From Phycisphaerales bacterium (GTDB lineage Bacteria; Planctomycetota; Phycisphaerae; Phycisphaerales; UBA1924): DNA of 64,000 nt. Shown here piece after piece: positions 1 through 8,347 of the stretch. A model generated the notes under the pieces. It was not told the DNA's origin and ran no database searches. It was given only the letters and a program-made list of their open reading frames with translations. Position 1 is the first letter of the stretch; the number at the start of each line of letters is the position of its first letter. The DNA lies in assembly GCA_965227775.1 (NCBI GenBank), contig OZ245777.1:2848001-2912000 (forward strand), written 5' to 3'. Both the position numbers and the translations under genes were made by a program.

Positions 1-16
1 GCGGGAGCACCGCCCA

Positions 17-340
17 ATGCTCGACCAGAACCACGCATCCGGTTCCGGGGCCGAAGCCGACAGCAAGCCCAAGATTCGCACACTCGCCAAGCTCGGCGTG
101 ACGCCGGACGAGGAATCCGGCTGGCATCGGCACGCCCAGCTCACCGGCCAGGGAGCGACGCACGTCAAGAGCTTCCACTGCAAGCTGCAGGGCGATGCGT
201 TGAACCACCTCGATTCGCAGATCAACGCCTGGCTTGAGAGCCACGAAGACTGCGAGATCAAGCTGGTGACGACCCAGGTTGGCGAATGGAGCGATACGCT
301 CGGCAAAGCGTGCCACCTGATTGTCCAGGTCTGGGTCTGA
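17..340 (+). CDS. hypothetical protein (small alpha/beta domain, LDxQINxWL motif)
   Basis: Clean ORF with host-like codon use and GGGAG upstream; function not recognised. Confidence 0.6.
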   Translation: MLDQNHASGSGAEADSKPKIRTLAKLGVTPDEESGWHRHAQLTGQGATHVKSFHCKLQGDALNHLDSQINAWLESHEDCEIKLVTTQVGEWSDTLGKACHLIVQVWV

Positions 341-410
341 ACGGAGCCCGACCGCTCGAACAACTCGCATTGGCTGAGCCTGGGGCTGTCGGCACGCCGA
401 TATCCCGGGC

Positions 411-2210
411 GTGTGCGGCATCGTTGCGATAGCCAGAGGCGGAGGAGCCGAGCTCTCGGTCACGAATCGCCAGTCGATCCGGATGCGAGACACGCTGGCC
501 CATCGAGGACCCGACGGCGACGGGGTGTGGCGCGCGGCCGGGGTCTTTATGGGCCAGCGTCGCCTCGAGGTAATCGCGCCCGGCGAAGCGGGCCGGCAGC
601 CCATGGCCTCCAGCGATGGCCGCTGGGTCCTGATCTATAACGGCGAGCTCTATAACGACCCGGAGCTCAGGCGCGAACTCGCCACGCTCGGGCTCGAGCC
701 CGGATCGCCGAGCGATACAGCCACCGTCTGCCAGGTGTTGAGCGCGTGGGGGCCACAAGGGCTGCGCCGCTGCCGAGGCATGTTCGCGATCGCGGCATAC
801 GACACCGCCGAGAAGCGATTCGTAATGACGCGTGACCCGCTGGGCATCAAGCCACTGTGCTACGCGTGGGCGCAACCCAATGACGGTTGCGGTCCAGAGC
901 TCGTGATCGCAAGCGAGGTCACGGCGCTCTTCGAGCATCCCCATCTTTCGCCGCGGGTCGATCCGCTCGGCCTTGCTGCGTACTTGTGCACAATTCGACT
1001 GAGCACAGAAGGTCGTTCGCTGTTCGACGGCGTCTCGACGCTGCCACCCGGCCGCGTTCTCGAGTTCGATCTCTCTGCGGCCGACATGCCATGCGAATCG
1101 TGGGACCTGCCGATCGATGGCGACGCCAATCTTGATACAAGAGAGCTCGTTGAGGCGTCCGTCTCCCAACACCTCCGATCGGACGTGCCCGTGTGTGTCT
1201 TGTTGAGCGGCGGGCTCGACAGCACGATCATCGCGGCCACGACGCGCGCGCATCGACTGAACCTGCCGACGTTTGGTGCCGGGGGCGACGACGAAGATCC
1301 CAACGGGGATGCGGCGTTCGCCGCCAGCCTGGCCAAGCGTTGGAGCATGCCGCACCACGCCATCCGCATGACCCGCGACCGTTTCATTGCGGGCGTCCAA
1401 ACGCTCATCGAGCGCACGGGTCAGCCCGTCGGGACTCCCAACGAAACGGCCATCCACGCCCTTGGGTGTGCCATCCGAGCCGGCGGGTGCAAGGTGGCAC
1501 TCACGGGCGAAGGTGCCGACGAGCTCTTTGGCGGATACCACGGCCCGCTCCAGCAGGCGATCGATTACATCGATGCCGGGGGCGATGACCCGGCCGTGGC
1601 GTTCCTCGTCCAGAACGCGTGGATCGCGCCGCAACTGCTGCCGCGCGTGCTAAGCCCCAAGCTTGCACGGATCGCCGAGTTCGGCGGCTGGCTCGTTCGG
1701 GCGTACCGAGACGCATACGAGTTTGAGGCCGCCCGACCGGGCCCCACGCTCGACCCCAGAGACGAAGCGATGCGCACCCACATGCGACTTGTGCGAAGGA
1801 CCAACCTTACCGGCCTGCTACAGCGCGTGGACAGCGCGCTCTCGCAGTCGGGCGTCGAAGGCCGCACCCCGCTCGCCGACCGTGTCGTAGCGAACTTCGC
1901 CGACGCCCTGCCCATGGAACAGAAGTTCGATCCATCGCTTTCGCCCGAGCGAGGCACGAAGATCGCACTGCGTACCGCATTCGCTGGCGTCGTGCCCGAC
2001 GAGATCCTGCATCGACGCAAGGCCAGCTTCCCGCTTCCCTTCCAGGGCTGGCTCAGGCCGTTGTTCGATGAGCTTGGCGACCATCCGCTCATCGACGAAT
2101 TCTTCAGCCGTTCGGCGTGGGAGACGGTCGCAAGCGATCCGGCTGACAACTGGCAGTTTGCATGGCCGATGATCAACGTGGCGTTGTGGGCTCGTCGCTG
2201 GTTCAGCTAG
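411..2210 (+). CDS. asnB: asparagine synthase (glutamine-hydrolysing) family amidotransferase
   Basis: N-terminal MCGI, HRGPD, YNGELYN, RDPLGIKPL, LLSGGLDS, GEGADELFGGY. Confidence 0.9.
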   Translation: MCGIVAIARGGGAELSVTNRQSIRMRDTLAHRGPDGDGVWRAAGVFMGQRRLEVIAPGEAGRQPMASSDGRWVLIYNGELYNDPELRRELATLGLEPGSPSDTATVCQVLSAWGPQGLRRCRGMFAIAAYDTAEKRFVMTRDPLGIKPLCYAWAQPNDGCGPELVIASEVTALFEHPHLSPRVDPLGLAAYLCTIRLSTEGRSLFDGVSTLPPGRVLEFDLSAADMPCESWDLPIDGDANLDTRELVEASVSQHLRSDVPVCVLLSGGLDSTIIAATTRAHRLNLPTFGAGGDDEDPNGDAAFAASLAKRWSMPHHAIRMTRDRFIAGVQTLIERTGQPVGTPNETAIHALGCAIRAGGCKVALTGEGADELFGGYHGPLQQAIDYIDAGGDDPAVAFLVQNAWIAPQLLPRVLSPKLARIAEFGGWLVRAYRDAYEFEAARPGPTLDPRDEAMRTHMRLVRRTNLTGLLQRVDSALSQSGVEGRTPLADRVVANFADALPMEQKFDPSLSPERGTKIALRTAFAGVVPDEILHRRKASFPLPFQGWLRPLFDELGDHPLIDEFFSRSAWETVASDPADNWQFAWPMINVALWARRWFS

Positions 2211-2577
2211 CCGCGCTCACCGGCTGCCGACGCGAGAGGTCCTCGCACGCGGCAAACAATCCGCCGAGGGCGTGCCTCGCGTGGTCGCTGAGATCGACGA
2301 ACGCCAGACCAATCTCACGCGTGAACATCGTGGGCCGGCTCGACCACGCCACCATGACCTTGAGCGGCAGCACCTCGGGCATGCCGTGCAGCTCGACTTC
2401 GAATGGCCCGTAGGTCTCCAGCGGCGGCCAGGGCTTGCCACGCACGCGGATGCCTCCGGGGCTGATGTCCATGACCCGACCAAGGCTCGTACGCAAGTGG
2501 CGGATCTCGATGCGACCCACGCCGCGGCGTGACAAGACTGCGTGCTGGTCGGGGGGCGACTCGCGCGTGGTATTCAT
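2203..2577 (-). CDS. PilZ-domain (c-di-GMP-binding) protein
   Basis: RRGVGR (RxxxR) followed by DISPGG (DxSxxG); start reassigned to ATG 2577 inside the longer tracked ORF. Confidence 0.7.
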   Translation of the reverse strand: MNTTRESPPDQHAVLSRRGVGRIEIRHLRTSLGRVMDISPGGIRVRGKPWPPLETYGPFEVELHGMPEVLPLKVMVAWSSRPTMFTREIGLAFVDLSDHARHALGGLFAACEDLSRRQPVSAAS

Positions 2578-2710
2578 CGTGTATGCATCGACGTTCGGAC
2601 CTCGGGCGAGTGTTTCACCACGTGGCGTGGGTGGTTGCCACATCGGTCTGGGCGGGTCGTGCGGGCCGCAAGGGGCTTGATCGGCCCCGGCTTGCGGTCT
2701 ATGACAGGCG

Positions 2711-3088
2711 ATGCCCGATGCCAGCCTGCTCGAGTCCTTCCCAACCCCGGTTGATACGCCCTTCGTCATCGAGCACGTGGCCGAGGAGTTCACGTCGCTG
2801 TGCCCCAAGACCGGCCACCCGGACTTCGGCGAGGTGGTCGTGGTGTACGAGCCCGCGGCGGCGTCGGCGGGAGGCGTGTGCGTCGAGCTCAAGAGCCTGA
2901 AGCTTTACTTTCAGAGCTTTCGCGACGAGGGCATCTTCTACGAAGCCGTCACGAACCGCATCCGCGACGACCTGGCTGCCCTCATGCGTCCCAACTGGAT
3001 GCGAATCACCACCAACTGGCGGGGTCGCGGGGGCATCCGGTCGGTCATCAGAGCCGACCACGGGTCCGTGCCAGCCTCCATAGCCTGA
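2711..3088 (+). CDS. queF: NADPH-dependent 7-cyano-7-deazaguanine reductase (type I)
   Basis: EFTSLCPKTGHPDF catalytic Cys, ELKSLKLYF QueF motif, RGGI C-terminus. Confidence 0.93.
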   Translation: MPDASLLESFPTPVDTPFVIEHVAEEFTSLCPKTGHPDFGEVVVVYEPAAASAGGVCVELKSLKLYFQSFRDEGIFYEAVTNRIRDDLAALMRPNWMRITTNWRGRGGIRSVIRADHGSVPASIA

Positions 3089-3146
3089 TCACATCTGCAC
3101 CACTTTGCCCGGCCCGACGGCCCCAGACCGAAAGCGAGCCCGCACC

Positions 3147-4136
3147 ATGGCCGGAACCCAGAAGCGAGTGCTGCTGTCCGATGTTGGAGAGGGCGAGCAC
3201 GTCAGCGGCCCGTTCGCCATCATCAACGCGCAGCTCGGCAAGACGCGCACCGACAAGCTCTACCTGCGCTGCTTGCTCTCGGATAAGTCGGGAACCGCTC
3301 CCGGCCGCATGTGGTCCATCGACGAGTCTGCGTACAACCGTCTGCCGGCCGAGGGGTTCGTGTGGGTCGAGGGCGACGCGCAGGCCTATCAGGGCGAGAT
3401 GCAGATCATCATCCAGTCGATCGATCCGTTCGATCCGAACGAGGAGATGATCCGGGAGTTGCTTCCGGCATCGAAGCGCGATCCCGAGGAGATGTTCGCC
3501 GAGTTGCGCGCGATCTTCGATACGCTCGAGCACCCATCGGGCAAGCGGCTCGCGATGGCGTTCTTTGAGGACGAGCCGCTCATGTCTGCGTTCCGTACCG
3601 CGCCGGCGGCCAAGGTGCTGCACCACGCCTACTTGGGCGGCCTGCTCGAGCACACGCTCCAGCTCTGCAACCTGGCAGACCGCATGCTGCCGCTGTACCC
3701 AGACCTCAACCGTGATCTGGTCTTGCTTGGGCTTCTCCTGCACGACATCGCAAAGACGCGCGAGCTGAAGTACGACCGCGCGTTCGATTACTCCGATCGT
3801 GGCCTGCTCGTAGGTCACATCGTGGATGGCGTCATCTTGCTACGGGAAAAGGCGTACGCCGAGGGCATCGACATGCCCCCAAACGCCATCATGGTGCTCG
3901 AGCACATCATCTTGTCCCACCACGGCGTGCCTGAGTACGGAGCAGCCAAGATCCCCTCGACGCCCGAGGCGATCTTTGTGTCAAACCTGGATGATCTGGA
4001 TGCAAAGACCGAGATGGCTCTCGTCGCGGCCAAGCGGGATCGCTCTGACGGGCCCGACTTGCGTGGCCCGTTCACCGAGAAGCACTGGGCGCTCAACACC
4101 CGGGTCTACCGGCCCGACCCCTTTCGCGAGGCTTGA
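3147..4136 (+). CDS. OB-fold/HD-domain 3'-5' exoribonuclease, YhaM/Cbf1 family
   Basis: N-terminal OB fold, PAAKVLHHAYLGGLLEH, LLHDIAK, HIILSHHG. Confidence 0.85.
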   Translation: MAGTQKRVLLSDVGEGEHVSGPFAIINAQLGKTRTDKLYLRCLLSDKSGTAPGRMWSIDESAYNRLPAEGFVWVEGDAQAYQGEMQIIIQSIDPFDPNEEMIRELLPASKRDPEEMFAELRAIFDTLEHPSGKRLAMAFFEDEPLMSAFRTAPAAKVLHHAYLGGLLEHTLQLCNLADRMLPLYPDLNRDLVLLGLLLHDIAKTRELKYDRAFDYSDRGLLVGHIVDGVILLREKAYAEGIDMPPNAIMVLEHIILSHHGVPEYGAAKIPSTPEAIFVSNLDDLDAKTEMALVAAKRDRSDGPDLRGPFTEKHWALNTRVYRPDPFREA

Positions 4137-4175
4137 GCGCGAATAGGCCCCTGCTGGCGGTGGATAGACTTACGC

Positions 4176-4889
4176 ATGAGCGATGAAGTCGCCATCCAAG
4201 TTAACTTCGGCAAGCCGATGCCTCTCTTTCCGTTGGGCGTTGTGGCGCTGATGCCCCAGCAGGTCGCACCGTTCCACATCTTCGAGCCGCGATATAGGCA
4301 GATGATCGGCGACGCGCTCGACGGCTCGGGCCAGATCGCCATGGCAACCTACGACACACGCAACCTCGAAGCGTTTGACTACACGGGAGACACGCTCCCG
4401 CTGCGCCCGGCGGTGTGCATCGGCCAAGTGTTCCAGCACGAGAAGCTGCCCGATGGCCACTACAACATCCTGCTGCAGGGCATCTGCCGCGCGCGGATCA
4501 TCGACGAACAGCCGCCCGACGACGATCGCCACTATCGCATCGCGTATCTCGAGCCACTCGACCTGCCGGGGCAGGAGCCCAACGGCTTGGAGACCGCACG
4601 CCAAAAACTCACCGAGCACCTGACGGCCTGGCCCCTGCAGCAGCTCCGTACCGCTTCCTGGGTTGTGGAGCGCCTCGAGAACGAGCAGATCCCCGATTCG
4701 GCGGCGTTCGAGCTCGTGTGCTTCTCGCTGTTTACCGATCCCGAGCTTCGCTACCAGCTGTTGGCCGAGCCGGACGCCACTCGACGCGTGCGGCTCGTCG
4801 AGCTCGCGCTGCGTGACATGGCCCGCATCATTCGCAACGCCGCCGCCCAGCACCCGGAGCGCTGGCCCAAGGGCGTGAGCTGGAACTGA
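4176..4889 (+). CDS. Lon N-terminal substrate-binding domain protein
   Basis: PLFPL...HIFEPRYRQM, LPDGHYNILLQG. Confidence 0.85.
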   Translation: MSDEVAIQVNFGKPMPLFPLGVVALMPQQVAPFHIFEPRYRQMIGDALDGSGQIAMATYDTRNLEAFDYTGDTLPLRPAVCIGQVFQHEKLPDGHYNILLQGICRARIIDEQPPDDDRHYRIAYLEPLDLPGQEPNGLETARQKLTEHLTAWPLQQLRTASWVVERLENEQIPDSAAFELVCFSLFTDPELRYQLLAEPDATRRVRLVELALRDMARIIRNAAAQHPERWPKGVSWN

Positions 4890-4901
4890 TCGAGTCGGGG
4901 C

Positions 4902-6011
4902 TCACACGTTGAACAAAAAGTGGCACACGTCGCCATCCTGCATGACGTAGTCCTTGCCCTCGACACGCATCTTGCCGGCTTCCTTGATGGCCTTCTCGCT
5001 GCCGAACTGGTCGAGCACGTCGACGCCATACACGTTCGCGCGAATGAAGCCTCTCTCGAAGTCCGTGTGGATCACGCCGGCGGCCTGCGGCGCCGTCGCA
5101 CCCTGGCGAACGGTCCAGGCACGGATCTCCTTCTCACCGGCCGTATAGAAGCTCTGCAGACCGAGCAGGCGGTACGCCTCTCGTGCCAGCTTGCTGAGCG
5201 CCGGTTCATCCATGCCGTAATCGGCGAGCATCTCGGCCTTGTCTGCGGGGTCCAGCTCTGCCAACTCACTCTCAATCTTGGCGCACACTGGCACGCACGC
5301 GTTGCCCTCGCTCTCGGCGTGGGCCCTGACCTTCTCGGCGAGCTCGCCCTCGCCGTTGACGTCGCTCTCGTCGACGTTGGCGATGTACAGGATTGGCTTC
5401 GCGGTGATGAGCCCGAGACCGCGCCAGGCCTTGCGCTGCTCGGCATCGGTGATCGATGCAGCGATGACGCGTGCCGGCCGCCCTTCGTCGAGCACGGGCT
5501 GGATCTTCTGCAGCACGGCAAACCGCGCCACCGCCTCAGCTTCTTTGCTGCGGGCGGCGCGCTCGGCCTTGGAAAGCGCGCTTTCGACAGCCTGGAGGTC
5601 GGCGAGAAGCAACTCGCTATTGATGGTGTCGATGTCGCGCATCGGGTCGACCGTGCCGTCGACGTGCAAGATCTCCTCGCCACCGGGTGCTTTGTGGAAG
5701 CAGCGGACGACCTGCGCGATCGCATCAACCTCGCGGATGTTGCTCAAGAACGCGTTGCCCTTGCCAGCGCCCTCGCTGGCGCCCCGCACGAGGCCAGCGA
5801 TGTCGACCAGACGCATGGCGGCCGGGACGACCTTCTGCGTCGAGATGTGCTTCTCGATGCGAGCCAGGTTGGGATCTGGGATGGGCACGATGCCGACGTT
5901 GGGCTCGATCGTCGCAAACGGGTAGTTGGCCGCCAGGGCGCCGGCGTTGGTCAGAGCGTTGAAAAGGGTCGACTTGCCGACGTTGGGCAGTCCGACGATG
6001 CCTGCGTCCAT
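4902..6011 (-). CDS. ychF: redox-regulated ATPase YchF
   Basis: [47 protein letters not shown]. Confidence 0.97.
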   Translation of the reverse strand: MDAGIVGLPNVGKSTLFNALTNAGALAANYPFATIEPNVGIVPIPDPNLARIEKHISTQKVVPAAMRLVDIAGLVRGASEGAGKGNAFLSNIREVDAIAQVVRCFHKAPGGEEILHVDGTVDPMRDIDTINSELLLADLQAVESALSKAERAARSKEAEAVARFAVLQKIQPVLDEGRPARVIAASITDAEQRKAWRGLGLITAKPILYIANVDESDVNGEGELAEKVRAHAESEGNACVPVCAKIESELAELDPADKAEMLADYGMDEPALSKLAREAYRLLGLQSFYTAGEKEIRAWTVRQGATAPQAAGVIHTDFERGFIRANVYGVDVLDQFGSEKAIKEAGKMRVEGKDYVMQDGDVCHFLFNV

Positions 6012-6186
6012 GGGTGGTGCTTCCGATGCGGGTGGGCGTGTGCGAATAGAAGGGGGCAAAGATATGCGCGCCCGCGTCCGCCCCGCGGTTATCTGAGCCC
6101 GCGATCCCGGCCAAGGCTGGCAGGCACGGCCGTTTCGTGGTCTACTTGGGGATGAGGCCCGGGGTACACTGAAGCTCGAAACGCGA

Positions 6187-6562
6187 GCGCTCGTAGCTCA
6201 GCAGGACAGAGCAACGGTTTCCTTCGAAAAGAGGGGCCCGGCCCGGAAACGGGCCGAGGCGAACCGGGTGAATTCGGGGAAACCCACCCCACGACCGCAG
6301 CGTCGTGGCGGGCAATCCCGAGCCGAGCCGTCGGCGGGGCCTGGCAGTTCGCAGAGCGGCCAGCGCCGGCGGAAGGTGTAGAGACCAGCGGGTGAGCCGC
6401 CCCGGCAATACCCCCGCACCAGCGGTGGCTCGTGCCACCAACGGAAGCGCCCGGCGCCCTTCCCGGCATGCACGCCGGCGGGCGAAGAGATGGTCCGGTC
6501 CGCGGCGAAAGCCACGGGGTAGCCGAAACCGTAGGTCGGAGGTTCGAGTCCTCCCGGGCGCG
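6187..6562 (+). tRNA. tRNA-Arg(CCU), intron-containing (exon 1 6187-6223, exon 2 6526-6562)
   Basis: Joined exons fold as a cloverleaf: acceptor GCGCTCG/CGGGCGC, anticodon arm ACGGT-TTCCTAA-ACCGT, T arm GGAGG-TTCGAGT-CCTCC; A20 Arg identity element; CCA not encoded; TACACT -10 at 6165-6170. Confidence 0.92.
6224..6525 (+). ncRNA. group I self-splicing intron (302 nt) at tRNA position 36/37
   Basis: P AATTCGGGGAAA (6271), Q CAATCCCGAGCCGAGC (6313), R GGTGTAGAGACCA (6375), S AAGAGATGGTCC (6485); P1 CCU/GGG with U.G; GAAA-capped P2 and P9; terminal G. Confidence 0.9.
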
Positions 6563-6636
6563 TTGATCGAGAGAGCCGGCACATGGAGGGCCGGTGCAAG
6601 ACCAGGACGGAGCCACAGCCCCTCGCGGAGGCGGGC

Positions 6637-7041
6637 ATGGCGCGGCATCGACTCTTGCTTCTTGGTATCGCAGCCCTCAGCGTGCTGGCCCATGGCTGCG
6701 CGTCGCCATCGGACCACACTCGCGTCGCACGCCCCTCGTTTGCGCAAGCGGCGCCGCAGACCTCGACCGAGTCATGGGCGAGCGTCATGCCGCTTCCCGG
6801 TACGGAGCGCGACACGCTCGCGTACGCCCGCCGCGATAATGCACTGGGCATGCCCTCGGGCGATGGTGGTTACGTCTACGGCTCGTGGCGAGAGAACGAG
6901 CGTGCCTCGATCGAGCGGTACTTCATCGTGCCGCTGCAGCGTTCGCCCAGGTCGTACCTGTTCTTCACGGCACCGAGCCAAAGCGAACGCCGTGCGCCAC
7001 GGGTCCCACCAAGGGCCCATCCGTGGCACACGGCGTGGTGA
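6637..7041 (+). CDS. hypothetical lipoprotein
   Basis: GGAGG RBS, signal peptide ending LAHGC lipobox. Confidence 0.6.
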   Translation: MARHRLLLLGIAALSVLAHGCASPSDHTRVARPSFAQAAPQTSTESWASVMPLPGTERDTLAYARRDNALGMPSGDGGYVYGSWRENERASIERYFIVPLQRSPRSYLFFTAPSQSERRAPRVPPRAHPWHTAW

Positions 7042-7089
7042 TTGATGCGATCGCGCCCTCACGCTGAGGCCGCGACCGCGGGGGAGAAA

Positions 7090-8046
7090 TCAGTCGAACG
7101 ACGCGCTGTTGCTGGGCAACTCAACGGTGCGCAGGCGCAGCGTGGTCTCGATACGGAAGTTCGAGCGCGTGTAGTGCCTCTCGGCGAAGAACACCTTCAG
7201 CTCGTACTCGCCACCGTCTTCCAGGAAGTTCAGGCGGCTCAGATCGACCGTCTGGCTAACAGCGCCGTGGACGCCGCCGATGTCGATCACCATCTTGCCG
7301 TCGATGAACACCCAGACGTCGTCATCGCCGAAGAACGTGAACGTGTTGTCCGCATCCGCATCGTAGATGAACTTGGTGCCCAGCTCGTACGTGAAGTGGT
7401 AGTTGTGGCCCCACTTGTCACCGGCAGGGTTGCCGTACAGCTGCTCATCGATCGGGAAGAAGCCCTGGACGCCGTCCATGCTGCGATCGTCGTGAGCGTG
7501 GAACACGTACCGGTCGGTGCCGGCCTCACGGGTCAGGGTGATGTCAACCGGCTTGGCCAGGTTGACGCCCGGAACCGTGCGGAACCACTGACCGAAGCTC
7601 TCAGCGCTCGTAAACACGCTGCTGCTCTGAGCATTCAGCGTGCCGAACGAGTCGCCCTCACGCGAGTCCATGTACTCGACTTCGCTCGCGAAGGGGAACA
7701 TGGCGCGGCCCTGATCGTCCTTGAAGCTACCGCTGATCTTGAAGCCGTTGCCGGCCCCCTCACGCAGGGTTGGCTTGCCGTCCGAGTCCAGCTCAAACGC
7801 GACCCAGCCCACACGCAGGCCGGTGTTGTACCGCTGGAAGTCCGGATGACCGCTCTCGTTGTGAGGGCGGAAGTCACGGACCGTACCTGTCAGGGTCAGC
7901 TGGCTCGGCAGATCCGCGTAGGGATCGGAAGACTGACCAACCTGAGCACTTGCTACCGTCGCGCCGCCGGCCAGAGCGACGATGCCGGCCACGCCGACCG
8001 CGCCCGCGGCCCGCACGATCCGGCGAGAGTTTTGACCATTTCGCAT
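7090..8046 (-). CDS. secreted fibro-slime (PA14-related) domain protein
   Basis: Signal peptide; TVRDF, HPDF, GFFPID, HNYHFTYE, GDDDVWVFIDG, FFAERH; GGAGG RBS. Confidence 0.85.
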   Translation of the reverse strand: MRNGQNSRRIVRAAGAVGVAGIVALAGGATVASAQVGQSSDPYADLPSQLTLTGTVRDFRPHNESGHPDFQRYNTGLRVGWVAFELDSDGKPTLREGAGNGFKISGSFKDDQGRAMFPFASEVEYMDSREGDSFGTLNAQSSSVFTSAESFGQWFRTVPGVNLAKPVDITLTREAGTDRYVFHAHDDRSMDGVQGFFPIDEQLYGNPAGDKWGHNYHFTYELGTKFIYDADADNTFTFFGDDDVWVFIDGKMVIDIGGVHGAVSQTVDLSRLNFLEDGGEYELKVFFAERHYTRSNFRIETTLRLRTVELPSNSASFD

Positions 8047-8347
8047 CGTTGCCTCCATGCCGGGCCTTTCCCGGCTCACGTCACACGCCCCCACACAGGG
8101 GCGCCAATACCAGGAAATAGCCTCGATTGCACGGCGGGCAGCGGCAACGCACTGCAGCGAATTCCTCCGGACGAGTTGGCCGGATGTGCGGGATGGAGAA
8201 CCCCGACACGGGTGGCTGCGCCGATTCCAACGCTTGTGCCCGGCAACCGTCGATGTAAACGACAGGCGGGGCTCTTTTCCGGACGCTCTACTGGCGTAGG
8301 CTGCGGCCTTCCAAATCGATTGGTTCGAACGCTTCGGAGACGCACGC

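Noticed and set aside
411..3088. asnB-like amidotransferase near queF as an archaeosine-type (GAT-QueC/QueF-like) system
   Set aside because: QueF has an intact NADPH-binding QueF motif, AsnB looks canonical, and an opposite-strand gene separates them
6089..6851. Several overlapping ORFs across the tRNA and intron, considered as a homing endonuclease
   Set aside because: The intron is only 302 nt and nearly fully base-paired; no LAGLIDADG, HNH or GIY-YIG motif; the ORFs look like GC-rich noise
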